A stretch of 64,000 nt of DNA from Naegleria gruberi (Eukaryota), in NCBI GenBank assembly GCA_000004985.1, contig GG738880.1; one strand, written 5' to 3'. Position numbers and translations under genes: made by a program. The notes below the pieces were generated by a model. That model did no database searches and had not been told where the DNA came from. It was given only the letters and a program-made list of their open reading frames with translations. How positions within the stretch are numbered: position 1 is the stretch's first letter; each line of letters starts with the position of its first letter. This document shows, piece after piece, positions 10,119 through 21,048 of the stretch.

Positions 10119-11322
10119 TTATTCCTTCTTATCATCTTCCATCTTATCTTCTGGTTTCTTTTCTTCTTCTTTTTTGGCTAAAGCATCCAAGAATTTTAAA
10201 AGACCTACGTTAGTATGTTTACGTTAAAAATTGAAATAAATAACTTATTGTGAAATAGTGTATAAACTAACCTCCTCCTCTCATTGGATCTACAACTGAT
10301 GGATCAAGACCAAATTCTCTCATCAATCCTCCTAATTGACCTGTTGCTAAAGCAGTTCCAAAAACATCCAAAGTTTGACGGAATTGTGGACTTCTGATAT
10401 GACTTAATAAGTTTTGAGTTGATTTTTCATTATCACCTTCAGGTAAATTTGAGAATAATTCATCTCTATTATTAATTGATGTATTTCTCTTTAAAATTTC
10501 GGAGAGAGATTCAGATGTGAGAATTTGATCCAATCCAATAGATTGTTTTTGACCTCTTTGTAAACTTTTCATAATTTCTTGTAAGGAGGCTAATAATGTG
10601 TATTGTGTTGTGGTGATTTGTGTTGTGTTTTAACCTACCTGATTCATTTTGAGAACTACCACCTTGGCTTGATGATTGACTTGAAGATTGTGGTTGAGCA
10701 CCTGTTGGATTAATACCTTGAATGATTCTAGTCAATTGATCAAGTTGGACAGCAGATTGAGATGATGTATTTGAAGTTGGAGCAGTAGCAGATTGTGAGC
10801 TAGAAGTTGGAAGCAAATCTTCATCAGCCATATCGTCACCAAGAGGTGGTTCATTAATATATTCATTAATCTTCTTTTCATATTCTGCATCCTTGTCAGC
10901 GCTTGGTTCTTGCATCCAATAGAATGCTTCTCTTCCATTAGTAAACTTTAACAAATACACTCTGCCATCCTTAACTTTATCAACTTTACTGAATGTAACA
11001 TCTCCTGGGAAGAGAATGAAATCCTAATTAATTAATTTCAATGAAACTTAATCCAAAATAAGATTACTATAATTGCATACCTCAATAACTTTATCACTTC
11101 TATCTCTCCATTGGAAATGTACAAGTGGATCTTCGTCACTTCCAGCAACTAGAACAATTTTACCTTTTCTATTATCGGCTTTAACAACAGAACCCTCCTT
11201 GGTCAACTTTCCGGCTCTAAATTCAACTAATGGACGCTAGAGTTTCATGTATTAATTAAATCAAGAAGAAACAATAACACATACAGGTCCTTGTGGTGTA
11301 TTAAATAAATTGATCGAAGACA
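10119..11322 (-). CDS. adrm1: Proteasomal ubiquitin receptor Rpn13/ADRM1 with 5 exons
   Basis: Spliced translation begins MSSINLFNTPQGP. After the first intron it continues RPLVEFRAGKLTKEGSVVKADNRKGKIVLVAGSDEDPLVHFQWRDRSDKVIE. After the second intron it continues DFILFPGDVTFSKVDKVKDGRVYLLKFTNGREAFYWMQEPSADKDAEYEKKINEYINEPP. This is the Pru domain, including the FYWMQEP signature. The C-terminus has the DEUBAD-like segment SPQFRQTLDVFGTALATGQLGGLMREFGL and ends ...KMEDDKKE*. The intron donors are GTATGT, GTATGC, GTAGGT and GTTAGT. Confidence 0.75.
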
Positions 11323-11632
11323 TTTTTTTAAAGAGTTATTTTTAAAATTGTATTTCCCTCCAAGATCAAAGCCTTTTTTTGTTTTTTATTATTTCTTCAT
11401 AGATGAATTATTCAGTTTGAAATCTTATTAAGAAAGACCAAACATTCACAATTTTTGTTTTCAACAAAACTTGGAATTCTTCACAATAAATTATTGAGAT
11501 GAAAGAAGTGTAGGAAATTCCGAAGACTCAATTTCGGAATGAGAGTTCCTTCATCTTCATCATCACCCTACCAATAATATATTTATTATTAATTATTTTA
11601 TTAAAAAAAATCATCCACACCACCATCAAAAG
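11323..11632. promoter_or_regulatory. Divergent (bidirectional) promoter region between the Rpn13/ADRM1 (-) and SGT1 (+) starts
   Basis: About 310 bp of AT-rich non-coding DNA separate the two head-to-head ATGs. It contains T- and A-runs (ctttttttgtttttt, ttaaaaaaaatc). I assigned no specific motif. Confidence 0.3.
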
Positions 11633-12781
11633 ATGCCATCATTTGAAAGTGCCTCTGATCTCTATCAAGAAGGAAATGATTTATTCGTCGATGAAGAATA
11701 TGAAAGTGCCTTGACTAAATATTCTCAGGCTATTGAAATGGAAAAGAAGGCTGAATATTTTGAAAAACGATCAGCCTGTTATAATCAACTCGGAAATCAC
11801 AAGGCTTCATTGGAGGATGCGGAACAAGCAATTTCACTCTCACCAAATTCTTTCAATGGTCACTTGAGAAAGGGTGTTGCTTTATTCGAATTGGAACAAT
11901 ATGAACAATCTAAACAAGCATTGGAAAAGGCATTGACAATCAAGCCTGAAGACTCAAAGGCTAAAACTTGGTTGAGAAAAGCTAACGCTGAGCTTAAATC
12001 ATCCACTCCATCTTCCTCTACACCTACACCAACCACTACTACTACTCATACTCCTGTAACAACTACCACTACTACTCCACCAACTCAATCATCATCTACT
12101 TTATCAGTCGTCCCACACAAAAAGAAGATTAAATGGAATTTCTTCCAAATGGACGAATATGCAGTATTGAGTGTTATAGGATTGCAAGCAACTAAGAAGG
12201 AAGATAGACATGTTACTATCAGTGAAAATGAAGTTACAATTTCTATTACAATTCCACCACAAGAAGGAGTTCCAGCTCAAATGGGAGATGAAGATTTTAC
12301 CAAATTTGAAAGAACATTTAAATTATTTGACAGTATTAATCCATCAGAATCAAAGATTGAACAATTACCTTCAAAATGTGAAATCAAGTTGAAGAAGGTT
12401 CATCCAACTATTGAATGGCCTTCTTTTGAAGAAGTTGGAAATGTTAACAAATTTGATCCTCAATTCCAATCCTCAAGCGTTTATACTACTCAATTCGATC
12501 CAAAGAAATATCCAACCTCAAAGAAGACCGACTTTGACTCCCTTGACAAGATTGCCAAGAAGGAAGAAGAAGAAGAAAAACCAGAAGGTGATGCTGCTTT
12601 ACAAAAACTTTTCCAACAAATTTACTCGCAAGGTAACGAAGAAACCAGAAGAGCCATGATGAAGAGTTTCCAAGAAAGTGGTGGTACTGTATTATCCACC
12701 AATTGGAATGAGGTTGGTTCTAAGAAAGTTAAGGGTGAAGCCCCTCAAGGAATGGAGATGAAGTATTGGAATAAGGAATAA
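11633..12781 (+). CDS. sgt1: SGT1 homolog (HSP90 co-chaperone / SCF assembly factor) with TPR, CS and SGS domains
   Basis: The N-terminus has TPR-like helices ([43 protein letters not shown]). The middle is a Thr-rich linker followed by a CS-like segment ([19 protein letters not shown]...). The C-terminal SGS domain reads [44 protein letters not shown]. The gene is a single exon. Confidence 0.8.
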   Translation: MPSFESASDLYQEGNDLFVDEEYESALTKYSQAIEMEKKAEYFEKRSACYNQLGNHKASLEDAEQAISLSPNSFNGHLRKGVALFELEQYEQSKQALEKALTIKPEDSKAKTWLRKANAELKSSTPSSSTPTPTTTTTHTPVTTTTTTPPTQSSSTLSVVPHKKKIKWNFFQMDEYAVLSVIGLQATKKEDRHVTISENEVTISITIPPQEGVPAQMGDEDFTKFERTFKLFDSINPSESKIEQLPSKCEIKLKKVHPTIEWPSFEEVGNVNKFDPQFQSSSVYTTQFDPKKYPTSKKTDFDSLDKIAKKEEEEEKPEGDAALQKLFQQIYSQGNEETRRAMMKSFQESGGTVLSTNWNEVGSKKVKGEAPQGMEMKYWNKE

Positions 12782-12953
12782 ATGATGTACTTGATCAATC
12801 TCATGAATAAACCTTAACTAAGCAAGATGTAAAAACCTCCCATGTTCTCTATAAACAAACTGCCGAGCCAAGTTCAATAGACGTTGTAAATTGCAAGTGG
12901 TGATTGAAATTTTTAACTTTCCAAAAAAATGAGAACAGGTATTCCATTAACCG

Positions 12954-14204
12954 ATGCAACAATCACAGCCAAAATTAATTTGCCACCTACCAACACTCTT
13001 CAACGTTCATATCATTGGTTCAGATTTTACATATCGCCACCAAATAAGAGTTGAATATCATGGTAAATATACGCCAATTAAAACCAAAGTTTTAGGAAAA
13101 ATTAAGGAAATTAGAAACTCTAAGAAAGTCAGTAATAAGGTTAAGATAGTACCATTGAAAATTCAAAATTCAAAACCATCATATAAGAACGGTTTTTCCA
13201 TCCTAATAGATAAGAGTATAGAAGAAAACATTGATACCTGTGAATTGTATAGTATTTTATTAAGTTGGTTAAGGGAGCAATTTAACTCCTTTGCTAAAAT
13301 TGAAGAGGTCCACTCCGTTCCCAATACCAAATCTCTCTTTGATTCTCATCAAAAATTTACTTTAATCCAAATTGAAAACCAATTCAAGATGGATTTAAAA
13401 GTTGATCTTGATTGTAGTTTCACAATTTCAAACTCATTCTCTGAGGATCATTGGAAAGAGGTAGCAGATGAGTATGATTCTCTCACCTCAACCTCCAATT
13501 CAGATGTTGAAGAAGATTCTTCTCCTAAACATAGCTACAATATCAATCAAGGAAAACGTTTACCTGGATGGATTCCAACACATGAATCCTCAAGCAATAA
13601 GCTACAGGTGCAATATAAGTCTGATGAAAGCTCAGATCATTCAAGTAATTGTATCCAGTTGGAAGAAAGAAATAATAGTTGTATTAAAGTACATAAATCA
13701 GAGAAAGACCCTGGAATCAAACGCTCAGAAAAATCAAAGGAATCAAAAATTGAAGTCACAAGAAAGGGATATGAACATGATAAAACAATTGAGAATATAA
13801 GAGGTAGACTTGAGAAAGAAATAGACGAATATGTACTCGTACTTAAGAATATGAGAGATGAACATGAGAAAGAAAGAGATGAATATGAGAAAACAATTAA
13901 GAACATGAGTGATAAACATGAGAAAACAATTAAGAATATGAGAGATAGACAACTTAATGAAATAGATGAATATGAGAAAACAATTAAGAATATGAGTGAT
14001 AAATATGAGAAAACAATTAAGAATATGAGAGATAGACAACTTAATGAAATAGATGAATATGAGAAAACAATTAAGAATATGAGAGATGAATATCAGAAAA
14101 TAATTAAGAATATGAGAGAAAGACAATATAAAGAAATAGATGAATATGAGAAAAAACTTAAGAATATGAGAGAAAGACAAATGAAAGAAATAGATGAATA
14201 TTGA
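12954..14204 (+). CDS. Hypothetical protein with a C-terminal array of EYEKTIKNM(R/S)D repeats (coiled-coil-like)
   Basis: A continuous ORF. The start is uncertain. The ATG at 12954 is in frame. An alternative ATG at 12928 has a better A-rich context and could be used if an 89-nt intron (12938-13026) is removed. Confidence 0.5.
   Translation: MQQSQPKLICHLPTLFNVHIIGSDFTYRHQIRVEYHGKYTPIKTKVLGKIKEIRNSKKVSNKVKIVPLKIQNSKPSYKNGFSILIDKSIEENIDTCELYSILLSWLREQFNSFAKIEEVHSVPNTKSLFDSHQKFTLIQIENQFKMDLKVDLDCSFTISNSFSEDHWKEVADEYDSLTSTSNSDVEEDSSPKHSYNINQGKRLPGWIPTHESSSNKLQVQYKSDESSDHSSNCIQLEERNNSCIKVHKSEKDPGIKRSEKSKESKIEVTRKGYEHDKTIENIRGRLEKEIDEYVLVLKNMRDEHEKERDEYEKTIKNMSDKHEKTIKNMRDRQLNEIDEYEKTIKNMSDKYEKTIKNMRDRQLNEIDEYEKTIKNMRDEYQKIIKNMRERQYKEIDEYEKKLKNMRERQMKEIDEY
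13850..14200 (+). repeat. Coding tandem repeat with an 87-nt (29 aa) unit, about 2 perfect copies plus degenerate flanking copies and an 11-aa sub-period
   Basis: The string gatagacaacttaatgaaatagatgaatatgagaaaacaattaagaatatgag recurs at 13944 and at 14031, 87 nt apart. The protein reads ...EYEKTIKNMSDK(H/Y)EKTIKNMRDRQLNEID... repeated. Confidence 0.6.
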
Positions 14205-14561
14205 GAAAAGCTTTAAGAAAAAGATGAAAAAAAGAAAGAAAATGAAAAAAACATGTAAATACTTCAATTTTTGATATTTGATTGGCTTTATTTGGAATCT
14301 CGCCAATGCAAGTTAAAATAAAACAACTCTATCTGCTTATATTTATAATTTTATTAGTGCAAACGACAAGGTAATTAATTTATCAAAAATTTGAAATGCC
14401 ATATAATTGACCAGATAAAATAGATTTATGGAACTGCCTTATCTGAATATCACTAACATATCCCAAAGTAAATACTCGAAGACCGTCTTTAATTTCACTG
14501 CTTTCCCTGAATGCAACAATTAATATCTTTAAATTATTCTTTGAGATCCAAATCTTTGCAT

Positions 14562-16049
14562 TTATTTGAAATTTGGCTTTGGAATCTCACTTGGATGAGG
14601 AGAATTTGACCAAGAACCACCTGCAAACTTTTTATGTTTTTGTTCTAAATTCTCAGGCTCATCTGGGGTGAAATTGACAGATCCATCATTCATTAAAATT
14701 GACAATAACTCTTTTTCAGTCAAGGAGGTTGATGAACTAGATGAAACCATTTGTGAAATTGGTGGTAATTGTTCAATTACTGGTTCAGAAGTGGTAACAT
14801 TTGGAAGAGAACCATTATTCATTGAATAATTATAACTAGCAGGTTGTTCTTGATAATACTGTGGTAAAATATTATTTTCAAGGTATGAAACATCATAGGA
14901 TTGTTGAGGAAAATGAGTTGGAACTTTTTGTGGAGGAATAGTTGAAACTGTAGGAGGTTTTACAGGTGTTGAATTGATTAATTGGAGTGATTGACTGAGA
15001 AGAGCGCTTGGTTTTAAAAGTCCATTTGGTGATGGTGCAGAATTAGGACTAGAATTATTTGCTGAGGTTATAATAGAAGCTGATCTATTGATACCAAGTA
15101 ATGAAGGTGTTAATAATTTCTGATTGGTGTTTGGTTTTGGATAAACTGTTGGAGAGGAAGGAGAGTTGAAAGCTAAAGGACTATGCATAACTAATACTTG
15201 AGGATATCCAGCAGTATGATTAATAGTGGTTACTGGAACTGATTGTTGTTGATAATTTGGTTGTTGTGATGATGATGAAATAAATTCTTGATTAGAGGAT
15301 TGGTTATTGTTGATATTACTAGGAGGTTGATTCTCATGATTTCTAATGAGATGATTGGTATTTCTTGAAGATACATTTTGTTTTTGTACATTGATAGGAA
15401 CCATAACCTTCTTCTTTTGCTTCTTTTTCTTTGCCTTCTTATCTTCTTCTTCTCGTTTATCTTCATCACTTTGGAGTTTGTTTTCATCACTGCTACTACT
15501 GTTATCATTTGATTTTGTCATGTTATTCTTGTGTTGGTAAGGAATGACCATTCTTTCATAGTTTGCAAAGTGATCCCTGCTTGATGTTTTTGTTTTCCCA
15601 AAACCATTTCCATTGGCATTACTGTTACCATTTGAAGAATTATTCTTATTATTTTCAACGTGTTGAGAGAAGAATTGTGGTTGATTACTATTGTTATTAG
15701 CTTGTTGTTGTTGTTGTTGCTTGATTGGAGAATGAAAGGTTAACTTTTCTTGAATACCATCAAAAGAAAGATCCTTGTATTCAAAGTATCCATCTTTAAA
15801 TTCTCTTACTCTAATTGATTTCTCCCCTTTTGGTACAAAAACTCGTTCTTGTTGTTGTGCTTGTTCATCAGTTAAGAATAAATCTTCATTCACTGAATAG
15901 CCTCCGGTTGGTGTTTCTCCATTGGCATCTTCATTTAAAAAGAAGGGTATTAAAGGTCTACCAAATTCACCTGCCTTGTTTCTTGTTGTTGTACTACGTT
16001 GTTGTTGTTGTTGTTGTTGTTGATCATAGGTTGGTTCTGTTTCCATCAT
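14562..16049 (-). CDS. Hypothetical Gln/Asn/Ser-rich protein (495 aa), with polyQ tracts encoded by CAA runs
   Basis: A single ORF. The ATG at 16049 starts MMETEPTYDQQQQQQQQ. A conserved-looking block RVFVPKGEKSIRVREFKDGYFEYKDLSFDGIQEKLTF is followed by lysine-rich KKAKKKKQKKK and long low-complexity regions. Confidence 0.55.
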   Translation of the reverse strand: MMETEPTYDQQQQQQQQRSTTTRNKAGEFGRPLIPFFLNEDANGETPTGGYSVNEDLFLTDEQAQQQERVFVPKGEKSIRVREFKDGYFEYKDLSFDGIQEKLTFHSPIKQQQQQQANNNSNQPQFFSQHVENNKNNSSNGNSNANGNGFGKTKTSSRDHFANYERMVIPYQHKNNMTKSNDNSSSSDENKLQSDEDKREEEDKKAKKKKQKKKVMVPINVQKQNVSSRNTNHLIRNHENQPPSNINNNQSSNQEFISSSSQQPNYQQQSVPVTTINHTAGYPQVLVMHSPLAFNSPSSPTVYPKPNTNQKLLTPSLLGINRSASIITSANNSSPNSAPSPNGLLKPSALLSQSLQLINSTPVKPPTVSTIPPQKVPTHFPQQSYDVSYLENNILPQYYQEQPASYNYSMNNGSLPNVTTSEPVIEQLPPISQMVSSSSSTSLTEKELLSILMNDGSVNFTPDEPENLEQKHKKFAGGSWSNSPHPSEIPKPNFK

Positions 16050-16653
16050 GATGTGGTGTTATTATTGTTTTTAAAAATCGTAAAATGTATTTAATGATGT
16101 ATTATATGAAATGTTCAGATTGTGCGCACTTATTGATTGAAAAGTATTGAAGTGATACTGATGATGATGATGTTGTTGTTGTTGGATAGAATAATGCTAG
16201 AGTTAAATTTCTTGATGGTGAATTATCCATTCGACACGGTGGTGTAAAATTTTTGTATTTTTTTAAAGGATATTTTTAGTTTTTTAATTTGGGAATTGTA
16301 TTTTTAGAAATAAAAAAAACAATTGTAATCTTTACAATATTATTCAACCAAAATAATATAATATTATATAAACTTTACCATTTAACAATACTACTCAGTA
16401 TAGATACACTGTAGTACGCATTCTTCTTATTATTTTTATCTAATTTATAAAAACTGTAAATCTTTACAATTAGCTCTAAATGTGAACTTTTCAATTTTCA
16501 CATCCATTAATGAACATGGATAATAACTCATCCATGATTACATGGGCGACACGGTAAATAAATGGAACATTTTAACAACTCATCCAACAACTAGTTTTTC
16601 AAATCAAACAACAATATCAAACTCTAAAAAAAAACAATTAAAATCAAACAATA

Positions 16654-16884
16654 ATGGCAAAGTGTTCAGGTTGTGGCGATTCTTGTGTTAAACTCCATAA
16701 GATTTCATGTAAAGATGGATGTGTTGTGTCAGTGTGTCACATGTGTCATGCAACTCCTCAAGGTTAGTTGTAAAAAAAGTTTTTGAATGATATTCGAATA
16801 TTGTATAATATTACATTGTTATTAGCTCGTATTGGTACTAAATGTTGTTCTTGTGGAAAGATTGCTTCATGGAAGAAATTGTAA
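16654..16884 (+). CDS. Small spliced cysteine-rich protein (about 55 aa, 12 Cys) with 2 exons (16654-16764 and ~16830-16884; boundary coordinates counted by hand, ±1-2 nt)
   Basis: The ATG is in the context aaacaataATGgca. Exon 1 encodes MAKCSGCGDSCVKLHKISCKDGCVVSVCHMCHATPQ. It ends at the donor G|GTTAGT, and the unspliced read-through hits a stop immediately. A 65-nt AT-rich intron ends in ttattag. Exon 2, in phase 1, encodes ARIGTKCCSCGKIASWKKL*. The ORF is too small for the ORF track. This model rests on inference. Confidence 0.35.
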
Positions 16885-17338
16885 ATCAAATATTAGCATT
16901 TAAATATATTATAGAATGGGCTGTAATTATTTATCCAGCTCACAAATAGCTTCCTCTCTGTACATATATAGAGAGATTTGTATCATAATAAATTTTACAT
17001 TTGGTGTAGTTGATGAAATATTGATTTGTCAATGTTTAACATTTTTCAAAGGATTACAAAACATCTCTACAATAGATCTGTATCATTAATAAAAAGAGCA
17101 TTGGTGGTTATCAATTTTATCATTGTCATTGTGTTTTAATTATATTGAGCTGTAGATGTATAATATTTTTAATCAAGTTTTAAAGATAATATAAAATTGA
17201 TTGAATAAATCAAATAAATTAATTAAAAAAAATCCATCAACAACAATAACGAACAAGAACACTTTTTCTGTAGTGCTTTTTTCTTCCGAATTTTAATTTT
17301 TTTGAATATATCATCAATAACAATACATCATCATCAAT

Positions 17339-17737
17339 ATGACCCTTTCATTAGTAGTTGCAGGCGTTGCCCTTGGATCTGGAATTGTTGTTTTAAGAGC
17401 ATCAGTTAGAGCTATGGCTAGAGCCAAATCAGCATCAGCAATTAATAGTACAACAATGAAAAAAACAGGATTTACATTGAATGCTGATTTACTCTCGAAA
17501 CCAATTTACGGAAGAAACTTTATTGAAGGATCATTTAACCCAGAAATGTCGAAGAAAGAAGCTTTGGATGTTTTAGGCTTTGGAAAGACAGTTAAACATG
17601 TTACAGAGGAAGATGTAAAGAAACGTCACAGAAAATTAATGCTTTTAAATCACCCTGATAATGGAGGTTCTGCTTATATTTCATCTAAAATTAATGAATC
17701 TAAGGATTATCTGTTAGGTAGATACGGAAGAGATTAA
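17339..17737 (+). CDS. Mitochondrial import inner-membrane translocase subunit TIM14 / DNAJC19 (Pam18-type J-protein)
   Basis: The N-terminus has a transmembrane helix (LSLVVAGVALGSGIVVL). The C-terminal J-domain carries the HPD motif: KKEALDVLGFGKTVKHVTEEDVKKRHRKLMLLNHPDNGGSAYISSKINESKDYL. It aligns closely with human DNAJC19 (REAALILGVS...[33 protein letters not shown]). Confidence 0.8.
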   Translation: MTLSLVVAGVALGSGIVVLRASVRAMARAKSASAINSTTMKKTGFTLNADLLSKPIYGRNFIEGSFNPEMSKKEALDVLGFGKTVKHVTEEDVKKRHRKLMLLNHPDNGGSAYISSKINESKDYLLGRYGRD

Positions 17738-17870
17738 ACAATTTTAAATATATATATATATTAATTTTTCAATATCCTATTTATTAACATGTTACCAAGT
17801 ATTATTATTATTAGTTTATTAATCGATACAATATAACTAGTATCACTTTGATTACATATCAAAAGTTTAT

Positions 17871-20866
17871 TTAAATTAAGGCTTGTTGAACTTGTTCTAA
17901 GAGATCAGCCAATTCTTTAAATTCTTCAGTATTCTTGAAAACTTCTTGTGATCGTTTTGTAACAGATTTGAGTAAATCTTCAGCTTGAGATAAATGTGAA
18001 ACTTCCTTATCTTCCTTATCATGTTGTTTATACCAAGAAGCAACACGAATTTGTAATTTAACTAATTCAGAAACAGAGAATGCAACAAAACCAAATTTAG
18101 ATTGTTCACGTTCCCAACCTGACATTTGTAAACTTCTAACTAATTTTTGTCTCTTTTCGACTGCCAATTCTAAATACTTAATCTTTTCTTCTGAATGTTC
18201 ATCCAAAACAGAATCTGCCAAAATTTCATAATATCCTGAATAAGCTTTCCAAATATGTGGATCCAATGAAATAGTATTAGTAATATGTTCAAACATGTCA
18301 GATAATTCTTTTTTCAATCTTTCACCATGTGGAACTGGTGATTTTTCTAATAAAATCTTGAAAACTCTCAAGAATAAGAACAAGACATCAGTGTCAAGCT
18401 TCTTATCTTGCTTAATTTCAACCAATCTCTTGACAGCACTAATTGCACAATCAAATTCGTTAGCTTCAATACAAATATACAAGTAATTTTGCCAAATACG
18501 CCATCCATCAAAGGCAATTCTAGCTGCTTCTTGTTGAGCTAAGAATGCTGCTTTTCTATATTCATTTAAATTGTTATTATCATTCAATGCATTCATTAAT
18601 GAATATATTGTACAATTATAGTTAATTAAATATATAAAAAATTATCAATATTAAAACATACTTGTTACCTTGTTGTAAATGAACATTGGCCAAATTGCTC
18701 CATGCTTCAGCATCATCTGGAGTTTGTTGAACAACTTTAGAATAAGCAGTTTGTGCCTTCTTCCAATTTTGAGTTTTCATGCAACAATAACCATAAATAA
18801 ACCAAGCAGAAGTGTATAAACTTGAAAGAGCTAAAGAAGCTTCAAATTCTGGAATTGCAGATTCATGTTGATTAATTTCAGTATAATAAAAACCAAGAGC
18901 ACGTTTAGCTCTAGCAAAACGATGTTCAGAAACTTCCCAAGCTTTTTCATACATTGCAATACAAGTTGGATATTTGGAGAGAATTTCATCTTCACCTTCA
19001 ACATGATATTCTTGTCTCAATTTTTCAGAACGTTTCAAATCACCTAACATGCACCATAAAAGTGGATTTTCAGGATCTTCAATAACCTTTTCAATTACAA
19101 CTCTTTTAGCTCTATTTTCTTGATCAAGTGAAATGAAAGATTTCATCATTTCTTCAAACATTCCATATTTTCTATAAATGACAAGTGCTGATTCTAATAA
19201 TGCTGATTTAGTATAAATAAATGCTAATTCTCTTTGTAATTCAAATATTGGTGGATATCCAAGACAATAGAAATATTTAAGACGTGTGCTCATATTTGGT
19301 TCTGGATTTTGTAATTGTGAAACAAGTTTTTCCATTTGTTCAATACTACGAATAAGTGTACCAACAGTTTCTGCTTGAATCTTTGCTCTTAATAATAAGG
19401 CAGTTGATTGAATAAGCCAATTTTGTGGATTTTCAATAACTCTGTTAATATATGGCATCATTTGTCCTTGTGTAATACCGTGATCTGGATTTGTATTCTT
19501 AATATCAATACTATTTTAAAGAAATTCAAAGTAATAATATCAATGATATCAATAATATCATACATCAATGTTAAATCATATTAAAATTATATCATTCAAA
19601 CAATTTATAATAAAAACATACCACATGGCCAAAATAATTGCTTGATCAACAGGTCTTAAAGAAGATAAAGTCAATTCCTTTTCTTCTTCATCAGTTAAAT
19701 CAATATTTGGTGTTTCCAACAAGTGAGTATCTTCATAATGTTTAACAACTTCAGGTAAAAGATCACTTTCAGTTGTTTTTGGTTTGGAAGTTCTACTCTT
19801 AGCTTCTAAAACCAATTGAGCAGTCTTATATTGTTGATATTTAGTTTTAACACCAAATTTACCAGTTACATTCATATATAAACCAGTTGCTTGTTTAGCT
19901 TTTTCAAAACTTTGATAAGCAAAACGTTGTCTTCTAAAGTAATAATCAACAAGACCCTTTTCAATATAATATCTAGCAAATAATTCATCATTTTCTTCTG
20001 TAACTTTTTCAATTGGATATTTTGCATCAAGATATTCAAATGATTTTGAAACTGAATTTAAAATTGTTTCAGTAAAATAGCTCATTAATCTTTGATGAGT
20101 AATATTAACTCTAAATTTCCACCATTCATAAGTTTCCAAGTTTGAAATATCATCTCTATCAAGAAAACATTTAGCAATTAATAAATAATGTGGAATTATT
20201 GTAACTGCAAATGCTGATTCACCATTTATAGATAATTCTGAAATGGCATATTTTTGTAAAGTTGAAGTTCTACATGAATTTGATTCATTCTTAATTTCTA
20301 AAAATTCAGGATTCTTAATTTCACCTAAATTAATGAAAGGAATTGAATGGAGTGTTGTTGTTGTTGGACCAACAAAATTTTGTTGAATAAATAAATTTAA
20401 ATAATTAATACCACAGAGTAAAATAATAATTGAATTAAATTCTGGGTTTTCCGAAAGGTATTTAGTGATGGTTTGATTTAATTTCTTATAACATTCTATT
20501 AGATGGTTGTTAGTGATGAGGAGTTGTTTAATGTTGTTGTTATTGTTGAAATTTTAACAGATTTGGATGAATTAATAACAATGGTAGAAGATTAGTTATT
20601 TAAATCTTCATCACAAACTTACCTGTTAAGAGTGATTTAACGAGTTGATAATTTTTACATTCTTCTTCATCTAAATCAGCAAGTGGATTAAAAATTGATG
20701 AAAAGATGGAAGGATGATAATCAGATTTGTAATTTCCGTTCAAAATATCAATAGCAAATGACAAGATTTCACTCTTTTGTAAATCGGAAGTAAATTCGTT
20801 GGTATTTTTCAAAGCATTTAAACCAACTTCATCAGAGAGAACAAGACACCTTTCAAGGATGTTCAT
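17871..20866 (-). CDS. TTC27-like tetratricopeptide-repeat protein with 4 exons (20613-20866, 19622-20495, 18662-19510, 17871-18555; about 886 aa)
   Basis: The four track ORFs on the minus strand join in frame after removing three introns. The introns are 20496-20612 (donor GTAAGT, acceptor ctaatag), 19511-19621 (donor GTATGT, acceptor aaaatag) and 18556-18661 (donor GTATGT, acceptor aatatag). The result reads ...AWSNLANVHLQQGNKKAAFLAQQEAARIAFDGWRIWQNYLYICIEANEFDCAISAVKRL. This parallels TTC27's ...AWNNL...[33 protein letters not shown]. The first ATG at 20866 gives MNILERCL; the track ORF start at 20899 is TTG. Confidence 0.75.
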
Positions 20867-21048
20867 TTTTTTTATTGACTCGACAATTTGAAAATGCAAT
20901 GGGACTTGAATGCTGATTCAATTTCGGAAGTGAACCGATGAAGAGGAAGCACAAAATATCCTTCTTCCGAATATCAATGGTTGTTAACTTTGAAATTCTT
21001 GCGATTGAGGATGCTCTAATGTGTTGTTTTTGAAATAATAAATTAATT

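Noticed and set aside
13743-14306. 187-aa minus-strand ORF (FLIFIYF... repeats)
   Set aside because: It is the antisense reading of the 87-nt coding tandem repeat. The repetitive Ile/Phe/Leu content is an artefact of AT-rich repeat DNA.
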